From the NCBI GenBank assembly GCA_963665115.1, contig OY762007.1, positions 1,888,001-1,952,000 of the forward strand: a DNA stretch of 64,000 nt, read 5' to 3'. The notes under the pieces were generated by a model. That model was given only the letters and a program-made list of their open reading frames with translations, did not search any database and was not told where the DNA came from. Shown here piece after piece: positions 22,004 through 31,921 of the stretch. Numbering within the stretch: the stretch's first letter is position 1; every line of letters starts with the position of its first letter. Both the position numbers and the translations under genes were made by a program. The stretch comes from an uncultured Rivularia sp. GTDB lineage: Bacteria > Cyanobacteriota > Cyanobacteriia > Cyanobacteriales > Nostocaceae.

Positions 22004-24340
22004 TTACCTATTTCCAATTAACAAATAAGTAGTCATCACACCTCTTCCTTTAACAGAAATTTCTCCGCGTTTTTCTAAGATAAACTCATCTCGCAATCTG
22101 TTGTAAGTTTCAACAGTAACTTGAATTTTTCCAGGTAAACCGTGAGATTCCATTCTGCTGGCGATATTTACCGTATTACCCCATAAATCGTAAGAAAATT
22201 TTTGCAGCCCAATTACTCCGGCGACTACTGAACCAGTATGAATGCCAATGCGAATACTCAAGTCTAAATTATTTCTTTTGTTAAAAATCGTAATAGCATT
22301 TTGCATTTCTAATGCCATCGAAGCAATAGCTTGAGGGTGATTTGAACTTCGGGTAGGTAAACCACCAACAACCATATAAGCATCACCGATGGTTTTGATT
22401 TTCTCTAAACCATATTTTAACGAAAGACGGTCAAATACTGAAAAAATTTGATTTAACAAGTTCACCAAGGTTGTAGCGCTTACTGAAGTGGCGATTTGAG
22501 TAAAGCCGACAATATCCGCAAATAAAACCGTTACATCGTCGAAATCCTCCGCGATAGTACCCGGTTCCTGCTTTAAACGATTGGCAATGCTAGCTGGTAA
22601 AATGTTGAGTAACAAACGTTCGGTTTGTTCTTGCTGGTGACATAATGCTTTCTCAGCGGAGATCCTAGCAGTAACATCGCGAAAAATGGCGCGTGCAGCG
22701 ATGGGTTTTCCTTCGACAAATTTACAGTTAAGGTTTCCTTCGAGAAAGATCGTTCGCCCATCTTTAGTTATAAACGCAGCTTGAAGCTGTTCAAAATTAC
22801 CGCTTGACATAACGCGATAAAAAACATCTCGACAGCGGATTCTAAAATCTGGATGTACAATATCAAATACGCTTATTTTCTCAAGATCGGCTTCGCTATA
22901 TCCTAAAGTTTCTTGCCAAGCATGATTAATATATAAAAATCTTCCGTAAGGGTTAACTGACTGAATCAAATCGTTGGCATTTTCAAATAAATCGCGGTAT
23001 CTTTCTTCACTTTCTAATAGTGCTGACTCTGCTTGTTTTCTTTGTAGAAATTGCGCTATTTGACTGCCGATTGAAACCATCATTTGCAGCAAGTCTTCGT
23101 CTTTAAACAACACCTCTCGGCAAAAGAAAATCATTACTCCCAAAATTTTATTATCGTTCAAAATAGGGAAGCCGAAGCCTGCGTGTAATTGGGTTTCTTC
23201 TACCTGCTTGAATCGCGGACAAACACGGTCGTTTACCATATCTTCGCACCACAAGGGAGAAAGAGTTTCCCAAATTTTCCCGGCTAAACCAACTCCAGGA
23301 GTTAAAGTTGTTAGCCAAGTAATCGCTTCAAACTCTGGCACATCAATCCTTCGAGATGACCACATTTCGACACATCTTAAAACAGGATTGCTCGAAAATT
23401 TCTGGTTTACAGCGAGGTATTGACTGGGAGTCCACAATTCTCCTAAATCCCATCCCAAACTTTCACAAATTGCCTGCAAAATTTGCGGCATCGCTTCTTT
23501 AACAGTAATCGATTCCGACAAGATATTAGTAATTGCATATTGGGCGCTTTTACGACGTTGACGGCGTTTTTTAGCGGTAATATCTCGACCAATATAAACA
23601 ATATCTTCTACACCATTAATTTTCTTGCTAATTACCGAGCAAGAAAAAGCAATCAATTTTCTTTCTCTTGATTTTGTTCGACATACAACTTCTACATTTT
23701 GGAAATATTTTTTGTATAAAGAACGTTGTTGGATCGCTTTTTGCAATAATTTATTATCAGCGATAATTAAAGAAATTTGTCTATCAATTAATTCTTCTTC
23801 TGTATAACCTAATAACTCTACCGTTGCTTTATTTATTCTTTTAATTATCCCCGTTTTTGTCGTCACGATTAACGCATCCGCCATTGAAGCGATCACTTTA
23901 TCTAAATAATTTTTATACGCAACTAAAGTACTTGAGAGCAAATTCGTTTCATTGACTCTCTGGTTTAACTTTTGCTCTAGGAGCATTCTACCGGTTACGT
24001 CTTCAATTAAAACGATTAATCTATTTTCAATCGGTTCGCCGACAATATATATATCTATATAAAAATCGCCTTTATCTTGATTGAAACGGTAAATACCTTC
24101 TAATTCAAATAATTCCTGTTTTCCTTCTAATATAGATGTCATTACATCTTCAAGTCCGACAAATTCTGGGAACCCAAGACGGACATCTTTCTGTAAATTT
24201 ACCTCTTGAGGATAATAAGCAAAACGCTGCACCTGCTTGGATATATGTAAGATAGAAAAGTTTCTATCCAACTCCAAGCTTTCAAACTTACGTGGTGCAT
24301 TGTGTTTATTAAAAATTTTCTCTAACACATGATATTTCAT
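22004..24340 (-). CDS. PAS-GAF-PAS class III adenylate cyclase
   Basis: VTVLFADIVGFT, KIKTIGDAYM (Lys) and YDLWG.TVNIASRMES (Asp) indicate ATP specificity; two PAS and one GAF upstream. Confidence 0.92.
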   Translation of the reverse strand: MKYHVLEKIFNKHNAPRKFESLELDRNFSILHISKQVQRFAYYPQEVNLQKDVRLGFPEFVGLEDVMTSILEGKQELFELEGIYRFNQDKGDFYIDIYIVGEPIENRLIVLIEDVTGRMLLEQKLNQRVNETNLLSSTLVAYKNYLDKVIASMADALIVTTKTGIIKRINKATVELLGYTEEELIDRQISLIIADNKLLQKAIQQRSLYKKYFQNVEVVCRTKSRERKLIAFSCSVISKKINGVEDIVYIGRDITAKKRRQRRKSAQYAITNILSESITVKEAMPQILQAICESLGWDLGELWTPSQYLAVNQKFSSNPVLRCVEMWSSRRIDVPEFEAITWLTTLTPGVGLAGKIWETLSPLWCEDMVNDRVCPRFKQVEETQLHAGFGFPILNDNKILGVMIFFCREVLFKDEDLLQMMVSIGSQIAQFLQRKQAESALLESEERYRDLFENANDLIQSVNPYGRFLYINHAWQETLGYSEADLEKISVFDIVHPDFRIRCRDVFYRVMSSGNFEQLQAAFITKDGRTIFLEGNLNCKFVEGKPIAARAIFRDVTARISAEKALCHQQEQTERLLLNILPASIANRLKQEPGTIAEDFDDVTVLFADIVGFTQIATSVSATTLVNLLNQIFSVFDRLSLKYGLEKIKTIGDAYMVVGGLPTRSSNHPQAIASMALEMQNAITIFNKRNNLDLSIRIGIHTGSVVAGVIGLQKFSYDLWGNTVNIASRMESHGLPGKIQVTVETYNRLRDEFILEKRGEISVKGRGVMTTYLLIGNR

Positions 24341-25052
24341 CGTGGCGCTTTAAAATAATTAAAAAGGAGAAACGAATTAAAAAAAAATAAAATTAAAACT
24401 ACAATTACAATTTAAATTTAAATCAAATAAAACAGTAATTTGAATTTCATTCCTTGTTATCGTCTTCCTACTCTTAACTTTTCAGTTAGATGTAGGCACC
24501 ACTGATAATTGTATATGTACAAGATATATTACAGATCACCCTGAAATTAAAATTAGAATTGACTATTTTATTTAAAATATCGATACAATCAATAATTCGG
24601 GTTCTAGTGATTCTGGCTTGATTGACAACTGGTAGATATACTATCGTAGTAAAAATATGGGTCAAAACGCCCAATTTTATTAAGTACCCTTTTAAATGTT
24701 ACCGCAAACAGGAATTACTGTTCCTCAAATATATTTTACAATAGCTTTAGTTAAAACCATTATAATAGTCTTAAAACGTTAGGGAACAGCGAATCTAGCC
24801 ATAAGTTATACTGTATTATAAGAATCTATCGTAGCAGTGTGTCAGTGAAAAATATGTAATATATTTATCTATACTTACGTATAACGAAAAAAAGTAGTTA
24901 GAACTTACGCAAAAATAACCGGCGTTGTGCAATGTTTAGTTATGTCTATATACTTAATAACTGCTTAAAGCCCTACACTTAATGAACTTTATCGCTCATC
25001 GCAGGTAAAAAACATCACCTATATTAAATATAAATTTAATTGAGAATTACAA

Positions 25053-25622
25053 GTGAGTATTCATAAGTGTAAGTTCGTAGTAAGAGCTAATCGCCTTGTG
25101 AGAAGGGCTGAAGCCCTCACTACAGACTTTATAATGACTATGGCGATCGCCTTGTTGTTACCTTTAAAGCTGCGGGCAGAAGCTAGCAATGCTAATGGTA
25201 TTGAGAATAAACCAGAACCCAGTTGGAGTTTGTGGCGCACGCGAGATGAAGCTAAAGAAGCAGATTTTGATTCCGGTTTCTCTAATTTTGAATTAGGAGG
25301 ATATAGCATTTCCCAGTCTCCGCAAGGTATATCTCAAAACCTCACCCCCAACCCCCTAATATGCGTAGAGGGGAAATAAAGCACAGCTTTATCGGGGTGA
25401 GGTAATCGCTGTACCTCATCTGCCTAATAAAGGCTATATTTAGACTTTGAATATGCTTGTAAAACATCTTCTGGGCTTCCGGAATCTGAAATTAAATATT
25501 GGTTTAGATTAAGTGATAGAGTAAATCGGATTGATACGGGTAAAGTAGAATTCGGTTGTGGGAATGAAAAGCATTTTTTACATACTTATACTAGCTTCAG
25601 AGATGTTAGAGCGAGGAATTGA
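25053..25622 (+). pseudogene. putative secreted protein gene interrupted by a MITE
   Basis: Removing 25304-25438 restores the frame ...FELGGY|LDFEYACK...KYWFRL...VEFGC. Confidence 0.6.
25304..25436. mobile_element. 133-bp MITE with TA target duplication
   Basis: TA|TAGC...GTACCTCATC...GCTA|TA; internal ACCTCACCCC/GGGGTGAGGT inverted repeat; shares GTACCTCA with 17682-17784. Confidence 0.75.
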
Positions 25623-25805
25623 CAAACAAGATATTGTGTTCGGGTTTCATTCTGCTTTTAAGAGACAATTTACATAATTTGCTGTTGGATAATTTAGGAT
25701 TTACCAATTAGTAATTTGCAATTTGAAACAGATAATACAATTTTTCAAACTAATCTACTCGCAAAGCAAGATAAACTAAGATGTGAATCAACGATTTGAT
25801 TTTTA

Positions 25806-26993
25806 GTGTCAATATATTTGTTTATAAATAGCTTTGTGATTGAGAAAATTCTACTTTTCCAAAAATACGATCGTAAAGAGTGGCAACAGCAGCTTGTCTC
25901 TTCTCTTCCCCAAATAACAACAATTGTTTCTCAACTAGCTGTGGGAATTATTGCAGGTTTAGTATTTAACTGGTTACAAATTCCTGTAGGTTGGTTGTTG
26001 GGTTCGATGATTGGAGGAATTGTCTATTCAGCGATTCAAGGTAATCCCCAGCCATTACCGAAGATGTTCATTACTGTAGGTAAAGCGTTTATCGCTCTTT
26101 ATACTGCGGCACGTTTTTCTTGGGACACGATAAATGTTGCTGCAACTTATGCCGTACCATTACTGTTGTGCGTGTTGATTTCTGGCGCTTTAAGCTTGTT
26201 TCATGGATATCTATTATCTCGCCTATCTGGTATAGATAGAGTTACGGGGTTAGTTGCGTTTATCCCTGGTGCTGCTTCTAGTATTGTCCCTATAGCAGAA
26301 GAAATGGGAGCAGATGCAGTCGCGGTAGCAGTATTTCAATCAATACGTTTATTGCTAGTAGTATTGTTGATACCCAGCGCCGCCGGTTTCTTTTTCCCAG
26401 TCGATTTGAATGACTCCATGATGATGACAATCGCACCAACGATAGCAAATAATCCTTCAATTCCGATGTGGTTAAATTTGATTGTATTAGCTGGATGTTG
26501 CGTTGTGGGAGTGTGGGGTGGAAATCGTTTAGCTTTACCTGCTTCTGGGTTTTTAGGCACATTTATAGTAGGTTTAGCGGTGTTTTGGAGTTGTCCCTAT
26601 AATTTAGTGATTCCTCAATGGTTATTTGCTACGGGATTATTATGTGTAGGGCTTTCGATTGGGGTTAAATTCGATCTTAAAACGGTGAATAAACTTATCA
26701 AAGCGGTGTTAATTGAAATCGTTTTAGTAGTTTCTTTGATTCTTTTATGTCTTGGTATTGGTTACGAATTTCATGTATTTACTCACGTTGATACTATTAC
26801 TTCTTTATTAGGATTTACTCCCGGAGGATTGGAAGCAATGGTTGCTACCGTAATGCAATTGGGTGGTGACACAGGTTTAGTATTGGCGATGCAGTTAACC
26901 CGAATGTTGATTATTATCGCTTTGGGGCCTTGGTTGGTGAAGTTTGTAATGAAAGCAGCGAACAGTGAGGAGTTAGGAGAGAGTAGTGAGTAG
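25806..26993 (+). CDS. AbrB-family (AidB-regulator type) integral membrane protein
   Basis: Two repeated halves: P.GWLLG / PASGFLG, PGAAS / PGGLEAM, Q.IRL / QLTRM. Confidence 0.82.
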   Translation: MSIYLFINSFVIEKILLFQKYDRKEWQQQLVSSLPQITTIVSQLAVGIIAGLVFNWLQIPVGWLLGSMIGGIVYSAIQGNPQPLPKMFITVGKAFIALYTAARFSWDTINVAATYAVPLLLCVLISGALSLFHGYLLSRLSGIDRVTGLVAFIPGAASSIVPIAEEMGADAVAVAVFQSIRLLLVVLLIPSAAGFFFPVDLNDSMMMTIAPTIANNPSIPMWLNLIVLAGCCVVGVWGGNRLALPASGFLGTFIVGLAVFWSCPYNLVIPQWLFATGLLCVGLSIGVKFDLKTVNKLIKAVLIEIVLVVSLILLCLGIGYEFHVFTHVDTITSLLGFTPGGLEAMVATVMQLGGDTGLVLAMQLTRMLIIIALGPWLVKFVMKAANSEELGESSE

Positions 26994-27345
26994 TGAGTAG
27001 TGAGTAGTAAGTAGTGAGTAGTTAGTAGTGAGTAGTAAGTAGTGAGTAATAAGTAGTAAGTAGTAAGTAATAAGTAGTGAGTAGTGAGTAGTGAGTAGCA
27101 GTCCTTTTCATTAATTTTAATGGGTTGTAGAGACGTAGCAATGCTACGTCTCCCGACGTTAGGTCGAAAACGAACCCATCAGAATTTATGCAATCAACTA
27201 GTAGTAGTCCTTTTCATCAGTTCCGATGGGTCGTAGAGACGTTATACATAACGTCTCCCGAAGGTTACGGGAAAAACGAACCCTTCAGAATTTATGCAAT
27301 CAACTAGTAGTAAGTAGTGAGTAATAAGTAGTGAGTAGTAAGTAG
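26982..27345. repeat. AGTAGTG/AGTAGTA heptamer tract enclosing two tandem ~106-bp hairpin elements (27100-27306)
   Basis: Direct repeats AGTCCTTTTCAT...GTAGAGACGT..ACGTCTCCCGA...CAGAATTTATGCAATCAACTAG starting at 27100 and 27206. Confidence 0.8.
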
Positions 27346-27465
27346 TTAAGAATTTTTCTCCCCATCTGCCAAGAGTAGGTATAAATTTACTCTACTTTTT
27401 CAAAATTACTAAAGTTAAACTAGTGAGAATATATTCTTAGCGATATTTCATCACCCCGATTAAAA

Positions 27466-28800
27466 ATGCTATCTCTATCTACTATTTTTATTCCTCACGG
27501 ACACTGTTATCTATGGAAAACTGGATTGGTTTCGCTGCATCTAATCTCAGATTCTTTGATTACGGTGGCTTATTTTTTAATTCCTATCATGCTTGTCTAT
27601 ATTGTCCATAACCGAGATGATGTTCCTTTTGATTGGATATTTCTTTGTTTTGGTGCTTTTATTATTTTGTGTGGGTTTACCCATTTAGCGGAGGTTTGGA
27701 CGTTATGGCATCCGAATTATTGGGTTTCTGGTTGGTTAAAAGCTTCGACTGCGGCAATATCTTTAGGTACGGCAGTTTTGCTTTTTTGGTTAACTCCAAA
27801 GCTGCTAGCGATTCCTAATGTTCCAAAGTTGGCAGCGTTAAATATTGCTTTAGAAAAAGAAATTATTGAAAGAAAACAAATAGAAACAAAGTTAAGTTTA
27901 CAAACTCAACATTTAGAAGAAACTTTATTGGAACTCCAGCGTACTCAAGCTCAGATGATTCATACGGAGAAAATGTCTGGTTTGGGACAAATGGTAGCGG
28001 GGATAGCTCATGAAATCAATAATCCAGTTAGCTTTGTTTATAGCAATCTTGTTCCTGCAAGAGAATATGCTCAAGATTTCATCGAATTATTAGAACTTTA
28101 TCAGCAAGAATATTCTCAGCCTCTGGCAAAAATTCAAGAGAAAATAGAAGAAATCGATTTGGATTTTATGAAAGAAGATTTTATGAAATTGCTGAATTCG
28201 ATGGAGGTAGGAACCGAGCGTATTTATAAAATTATTTTATCGCTGCGTAATTTCTCTCGTTTGGATGAAGCTGATTTTAAAAAAGTAGATATTCATGATG
28301 GGATTGATAGTACTTTGATGCTTCTAAGAAATCAGTTAAAAGCAACATCAAAACGTTCTGAGATTAAAGTAATTAAAGAATATGGCGATATTCCTAATGT
28401 GGAATGCTATCCTAGTCAGCTAAATCAAGTATTTATGAATATTCTTGCTAATGCTATTGATGCTTTTGAGGAAAAATCAGATAACCAAAAAGTTAATTCT
28501 AACCAGATTGTAGTTTCTACTCAAAAAAATGATAACTTTGTCAAAATCATCATTGCTGACAATGCTTGTGGGATTCCTCATGAGATATATCCAAGAGTAT
28601 TTGACCCATTTTTTACAACGAAGCAAGTTGGAAAAGGTACGGGTTTGGGTTTATCTATCAGTTATGAAATAGTTACAGATAAACACGGAGGAAAATTATC
28701 TTTTGACTCTACTCTCATGCAAGGAACTAAATTTTTGATTGAAATTCCTGTTGCTCATAAAAATAAGTTAGTAGAGAAATTAGTAGAGAAAAAGAAATAG
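27466..28800 (+). CDS. histidine kinase with ETR1-like ethylene-binding transmembrane domain
   Basis: ISD.LI.VAYF.IP...F.W...FGAFIILCGFTHL; H-box AHEINNP, QVFMNILANAIDA, FFTTK..GKGTGLGL. Confidence 0.85.
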   Translation: MLSLSTIFIPHGHCYLWKTGLVSLHLISDSLITVAYFLIPIMLVYIVHNRDDVPFDWIFLCFGAFIILCGFTHLAEVWTLWHPNYWVSGWLKASTAAISLGTAVLLFWLTPKLLAIPNVPKLAALNIALEKEIIERKQIETKLSLQTQHLEETLLELQRTQAQMIHTEKMSGLGQMVAGIAHEINNPVSFVYSNLVPAREYAQDFIELLELYQQEYSQPLAKIQEKIEEIDLDFMKEDFMKLLNSMEVGTERIYKIILSLRNFSRLDEADFKKVDIHDGIDSTLMLLRNQLKATSKRSEIKVIKEYGDIPNVECYPSQLNQVFMNILANAIDAFEEKSDNQKVNSNQIVVSTQKNDNFVKIIIADNACGIPHEIYPRVFDPFFTTKQVGKGTGLGLSISYEIVTDKHGGKLSFDSTLMQGTKFLIEIPVAHKNKLVEKLVEKKK

Positions 28801-29021
28801 AAAAACTAGTTGAAAAATAAGCCTGGTATTTTTTATAATACCAGATTTAGAGAGTAGGGAGTTCGTAGATTGGTTTAGACACGTTAGCCTTAGCGAAGCG
28901 TCTCCCGGAGGGAGATAGCGTGTCCGGAGGACATAAACCAATTTAATTTGTAGCAAGAATCCATATTCATCGTGTCTTAGTCCAACATCACCCCGAAGGA
29001 TAAACAATATTATTGCTCGAA

Positions 29022-29170
29022 CGAAACGAACGGTATATTTGGTGACGTACTCACACCTCTCTTCGAGTAGGTGTGAGCTTCTCAGCGACTCGTCTTTGAC
29101 GACATAAACTGAGCTTTTAGGGCGTGCGTCCCACGCACCTTGATGTTCCGCGCTGCGTTCAAGTCCCGGC
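29022..29170 (-). ncRNA. putative TnpB omegaRNA overlapping tnpB 3' end; guide from flank CAAATATACCGTTCGTTTCG
   Basis: Known TnpB locus architecture; nested stems visible; 5' end approximate. Confidence 0.55.
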
Positions 29171-30266
29171 AGATGGTGGTTTTGCACACTGGGCAATTAT
29201 GCATTCTTTGAGACAGCGGCTTTTTGACAATATGACCACAACTAGAACAAGATTGACTTGTACCGTTGGGATTCACAGCAATAACTTTCAAACCAGCATT
29301 TTCGGCTTTGTTTGTCAGTATACAAATGAATTGACCCCAACCAGCATCATTAATTGATTTAGCTAATCTTGTTTTAACAAGTCCTTTGATATTCAGCTTT
29401 TCAACTACTACGACATCGTATTTGTCTAGTAGTTTTTTAGCTGTTTTAAAGTGAAAATCTTTTCGGGTATCAGCTACCTTTTTATGTCTAATACCTAACT
29501 TTTTAATTGCTTTTTTGCGACGATTTGAGCCAATATGCCGCCGCGATACTTTACGTTGTGCTGCGGATAATTTACGTTGTGCTTTTCGTAAATGTTTTGG
29601 TGCAGCAATTCGGGTATTATCAGAAGCTACATAAAAATCAATCAGCCCAACATCAATACCTACAATATTATCAGCATTGAAATCTGGTTTAATTGTTGGG
29701 ACTTCTTTGTTATCAAGACTTAAAGTTACATAGTAACCGCTAGCTTTTTTCGTTACAGATAGGGTTTTGATAACGAAACCATCTGGGATAGGTCGGTGTA
29801 CAATTACTTTTACCTCACCAATTTTTGATAGCGTAATTTTATTACCAACTTTAGGATGCTGTTTGAATTGTTTATATGTAAATGTTTTATAACGTCCTAC
29901 ACCTTTAAATCTTGGACGACCAGAACGCTTACCGTTACTATCACCTTTGAGCCATCTATCAAAAGTTTTTTCTACTTTGTCAGATACAGCTTGAAGTACC
30001 TGGCTATGAATTTTTTTGTACCAAGGTCTATCTTTTTTTAGTTGAACTAAACTTTTTTCTTGGCTTACTTTGTTCGGTTTATTTTTTAATTCTGGAAGAT
30101 GACAAACAAGAGGGCATCTATCAATAGAACAGCGATTCTGTTCGTACCAATCAAACCGCTGTGCAAGCTGATAATTATATTGACAACGCAACATATCGAG
30201 TGTGTTATCAATAATTTCTCGTTGCTCTTTATTCGGCTTTAATCGGTATTGATAAGAAATTCTCAT
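29082..30266 (-). CDS. tnpB: RNA-guided endonuclease TnpB
   Basis: YQYRLKP HTH, RuvC residues GIDVG (D), VVVEKL (E), RDLNAA (D), zinc finger CSSC..CPVC. Confidence 0.95.
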   Translation of the reverse strand: MRISYQYRLKPNKEQREIIDNTLDMLRCQYNYQLAQRFDWYEQNRCSIDRCPLVCHLPELKNKPNKVSQEKSLVQLKKDRPWYKKIHSQVLQAVSDKVEKTFDRWLKGDSNGKRSGRPRFKGVGRYKTFTYKQFKQHPKVGNKITLSKIGEVKVIVHRPIPDGFVIKTLSVTKKASGYYVTLSLDNKEVPTIKPDFNADNIVGIDVGLIDFYVASDNTRIAAPKHLRKAQRKLSAAQRKVSRRHIGSNRRKKAIKKLGIRHKKVADTRKDFHFKTAKKLLDKYDVVVVEKLNIKGLVKTRLAKSINDAGWGQFICILTNKAENAGLKVIAVNPNGTSQSCSSCGHIVKKPLSQRMHNCPVCKTTICRDLNAARNIKVRGTHALKAQFMSSKTSR

Positions 30267-30335
30267 TAATAAATCCCTCTTGCTATCGACCTATTGATAT
30301 ATTAACATATATGTGTAGTTATTGTGTAGATTATC

Positions 30336-30512
30336 ATGAAAAACAAAGCACTAAATTTAAGAATTAGCGAAAAAAGATTAAATATTCTTAGAGCTTATGC
30401 TTTAGATAGAGATAAAACAATGACGGCAATTGTAGAAGAATGGATTGACTCGTTATCTGTTAAAACTCTGCCCGCGATTCATCTCAACACCGATTCAAAG
30501 AATTCGGTGTGA
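30336..30512 (+). CDS. ribbon-helix-helix (CopG-like) protein inside the IS (58 aa, not in ORF track)
   Basis: MKNKALNLRISEKRLNILRAYALDRDKTMTAIVEEWIDSL...; beta-strand-helix-helix pattern, divergent from tnpB. Confidence 0.7.
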   Translation: MKNKALNLRISEKRLNILRAYALDRDKTMTAIVEEWIDSLSVKTLPAIHLNTDSKNSV

Positions 30513-30656
30513 GCCTTCTCGCGGTTGATGGTAAATTTCGATCGGTTCTTAGTTTGTCGCTTTAGCTTGAAATCCGAGGACTTTAGTCCTGATTACAAAC
30601 CTGCATATGGTTTTATATATGGAAATTCGGGAGGCAAATCTATCTATCGTTGCGAA

Positions 30657-31455
30657 TCATTCTAAAATAGGTTCTAAGTGAGAGGAAATTGTTAACGCAC
30701 CACCATTAACTTGCATCACTTGACCGTTGACAAAACCGCTATTCTCTGAAGCAAGATACAAACAAGCCTCTGCGATGTCTTCACAAGCTCCCAAACGACG
30801 CACGGGTATGAGCTTTTTTAAAAGTTCGTATTTAGCCTCTAAGTTCGGGTAATCTTGAGCAATACGGTTAGTATCAATTGTGCCGGGGCTAATTGCATTT
30901 GCGGTGATTCCGTATTGTCCTAATTCTGTGGCAAGTCCTTTAACCAAAGCATCCAAACCCCCTTTACAAGTAACGTTATGAGCGCGGTGGGATGCTCCGA
31001 TTGTTCCATCAAAACCAGAAATATGAATGATTCGCCCCCATCCTCTCTCTTTCATTCCCGCTACTGCTGCTTTGGCAAGATAAAATGCTGAATTTAAGTT
31101 TGTGTTGATAACTTGATGCCAATCTTCAATGGAAATATCAAAGAAAGGTTGTTTCCGTCTCAAGGAAACATTAGAAACAATAATATCAACTGCACCAAAC
31201 TTTTGAGTAGCAGTATCAACCATTTTTTGAACTGCATCAGCATCGCTCACGTCTGCCATGACTGCAATTGCTTGAGCGCCTAAATCGCGAGCTTCTTGAG
31301 CAACTTTTTCAATTTTTTCTCGATTGCGATGGCCATTAATTACAACATTCGCGCCGCATGATGCAAAAAGTAACGCGATCGCTCTACCAATATTTTGACC
31401 GGAAACCCGTAACTATAGTTGTTTTTCCTAGCAAACTTTTATTGCGATCGATCAT
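30657..31455 (-). CDS. short-chain dehydrogenase/reductase; +1 frameshift at 31403-31405
   Basis: Repaired N-terminus MIDRNKSLLGKTTIVTG|SGQNIGRAIA; ADVSD, GRII, NAISPG, GQV..VNGG. Confidence 0.88.
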
Positions 31456-31921
31456 TATTTAATTTAACCTCTTTATAATTTTTTATACTGACTTATAGTA
31501 CTATTCTCAGCAAGTTCAAATGAACCCGGTTTTTTATCGATCGCACAACGAAAAAATCGTATTTGCTCGAAAATAAACCCGGCTTCTGAAAAAGGTGCAA
31601 GATGTAAATATCGCGAGAAAATAAATAAGTTTGTACATTCTACTACTCGAACTGCTCGTATTTAAATAAAATTATTTGAAGCAAGATTAATTTCTGTAAA
31701 ATCATCGAATTGTGTAAGAAAAGTCAGAAAAGTCAGAAAAGTTAGAAAATTAAATAAAACTCAGTATATTTTCTGTACTCTGCTCCCTATTTAGATTCGG
31801 TAATTTTATTAATAAAACCGGATTTGTATATATCAAAAATAATTTTATTTTCAAAAATAGAATAACGCAAAACCAAATTGTTGTAAAATAAATCAAGCTG
31901 TTGTGAAATGTAATATAGTCA

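Larger units (their letters stand above)
29042..30531 (-). mobile_element. IS200/IS605-family element (IS1341-like, tnpB without tnpA)
   Basis: Subterminal hairpins at both ends (CTCACACC..GGTGTTGAG; CTCACACCT..AGGTGTGAG-TACGTCAC) flanking tnpB and an RHH ORF. Confidence 0.85.

Noticed and set aside
27100..27306. Possible CRISPR array
   Set aside because: Only two units, similar over their whole length, with no unique spacers and no cas genes.
28780..29357. ORFs 28780-29196 (-) and 29124-29357 (+)
   Set aside because: Alternate or antisense frames over tnpB, its right end and a REP-like repeat; no protein motifs.
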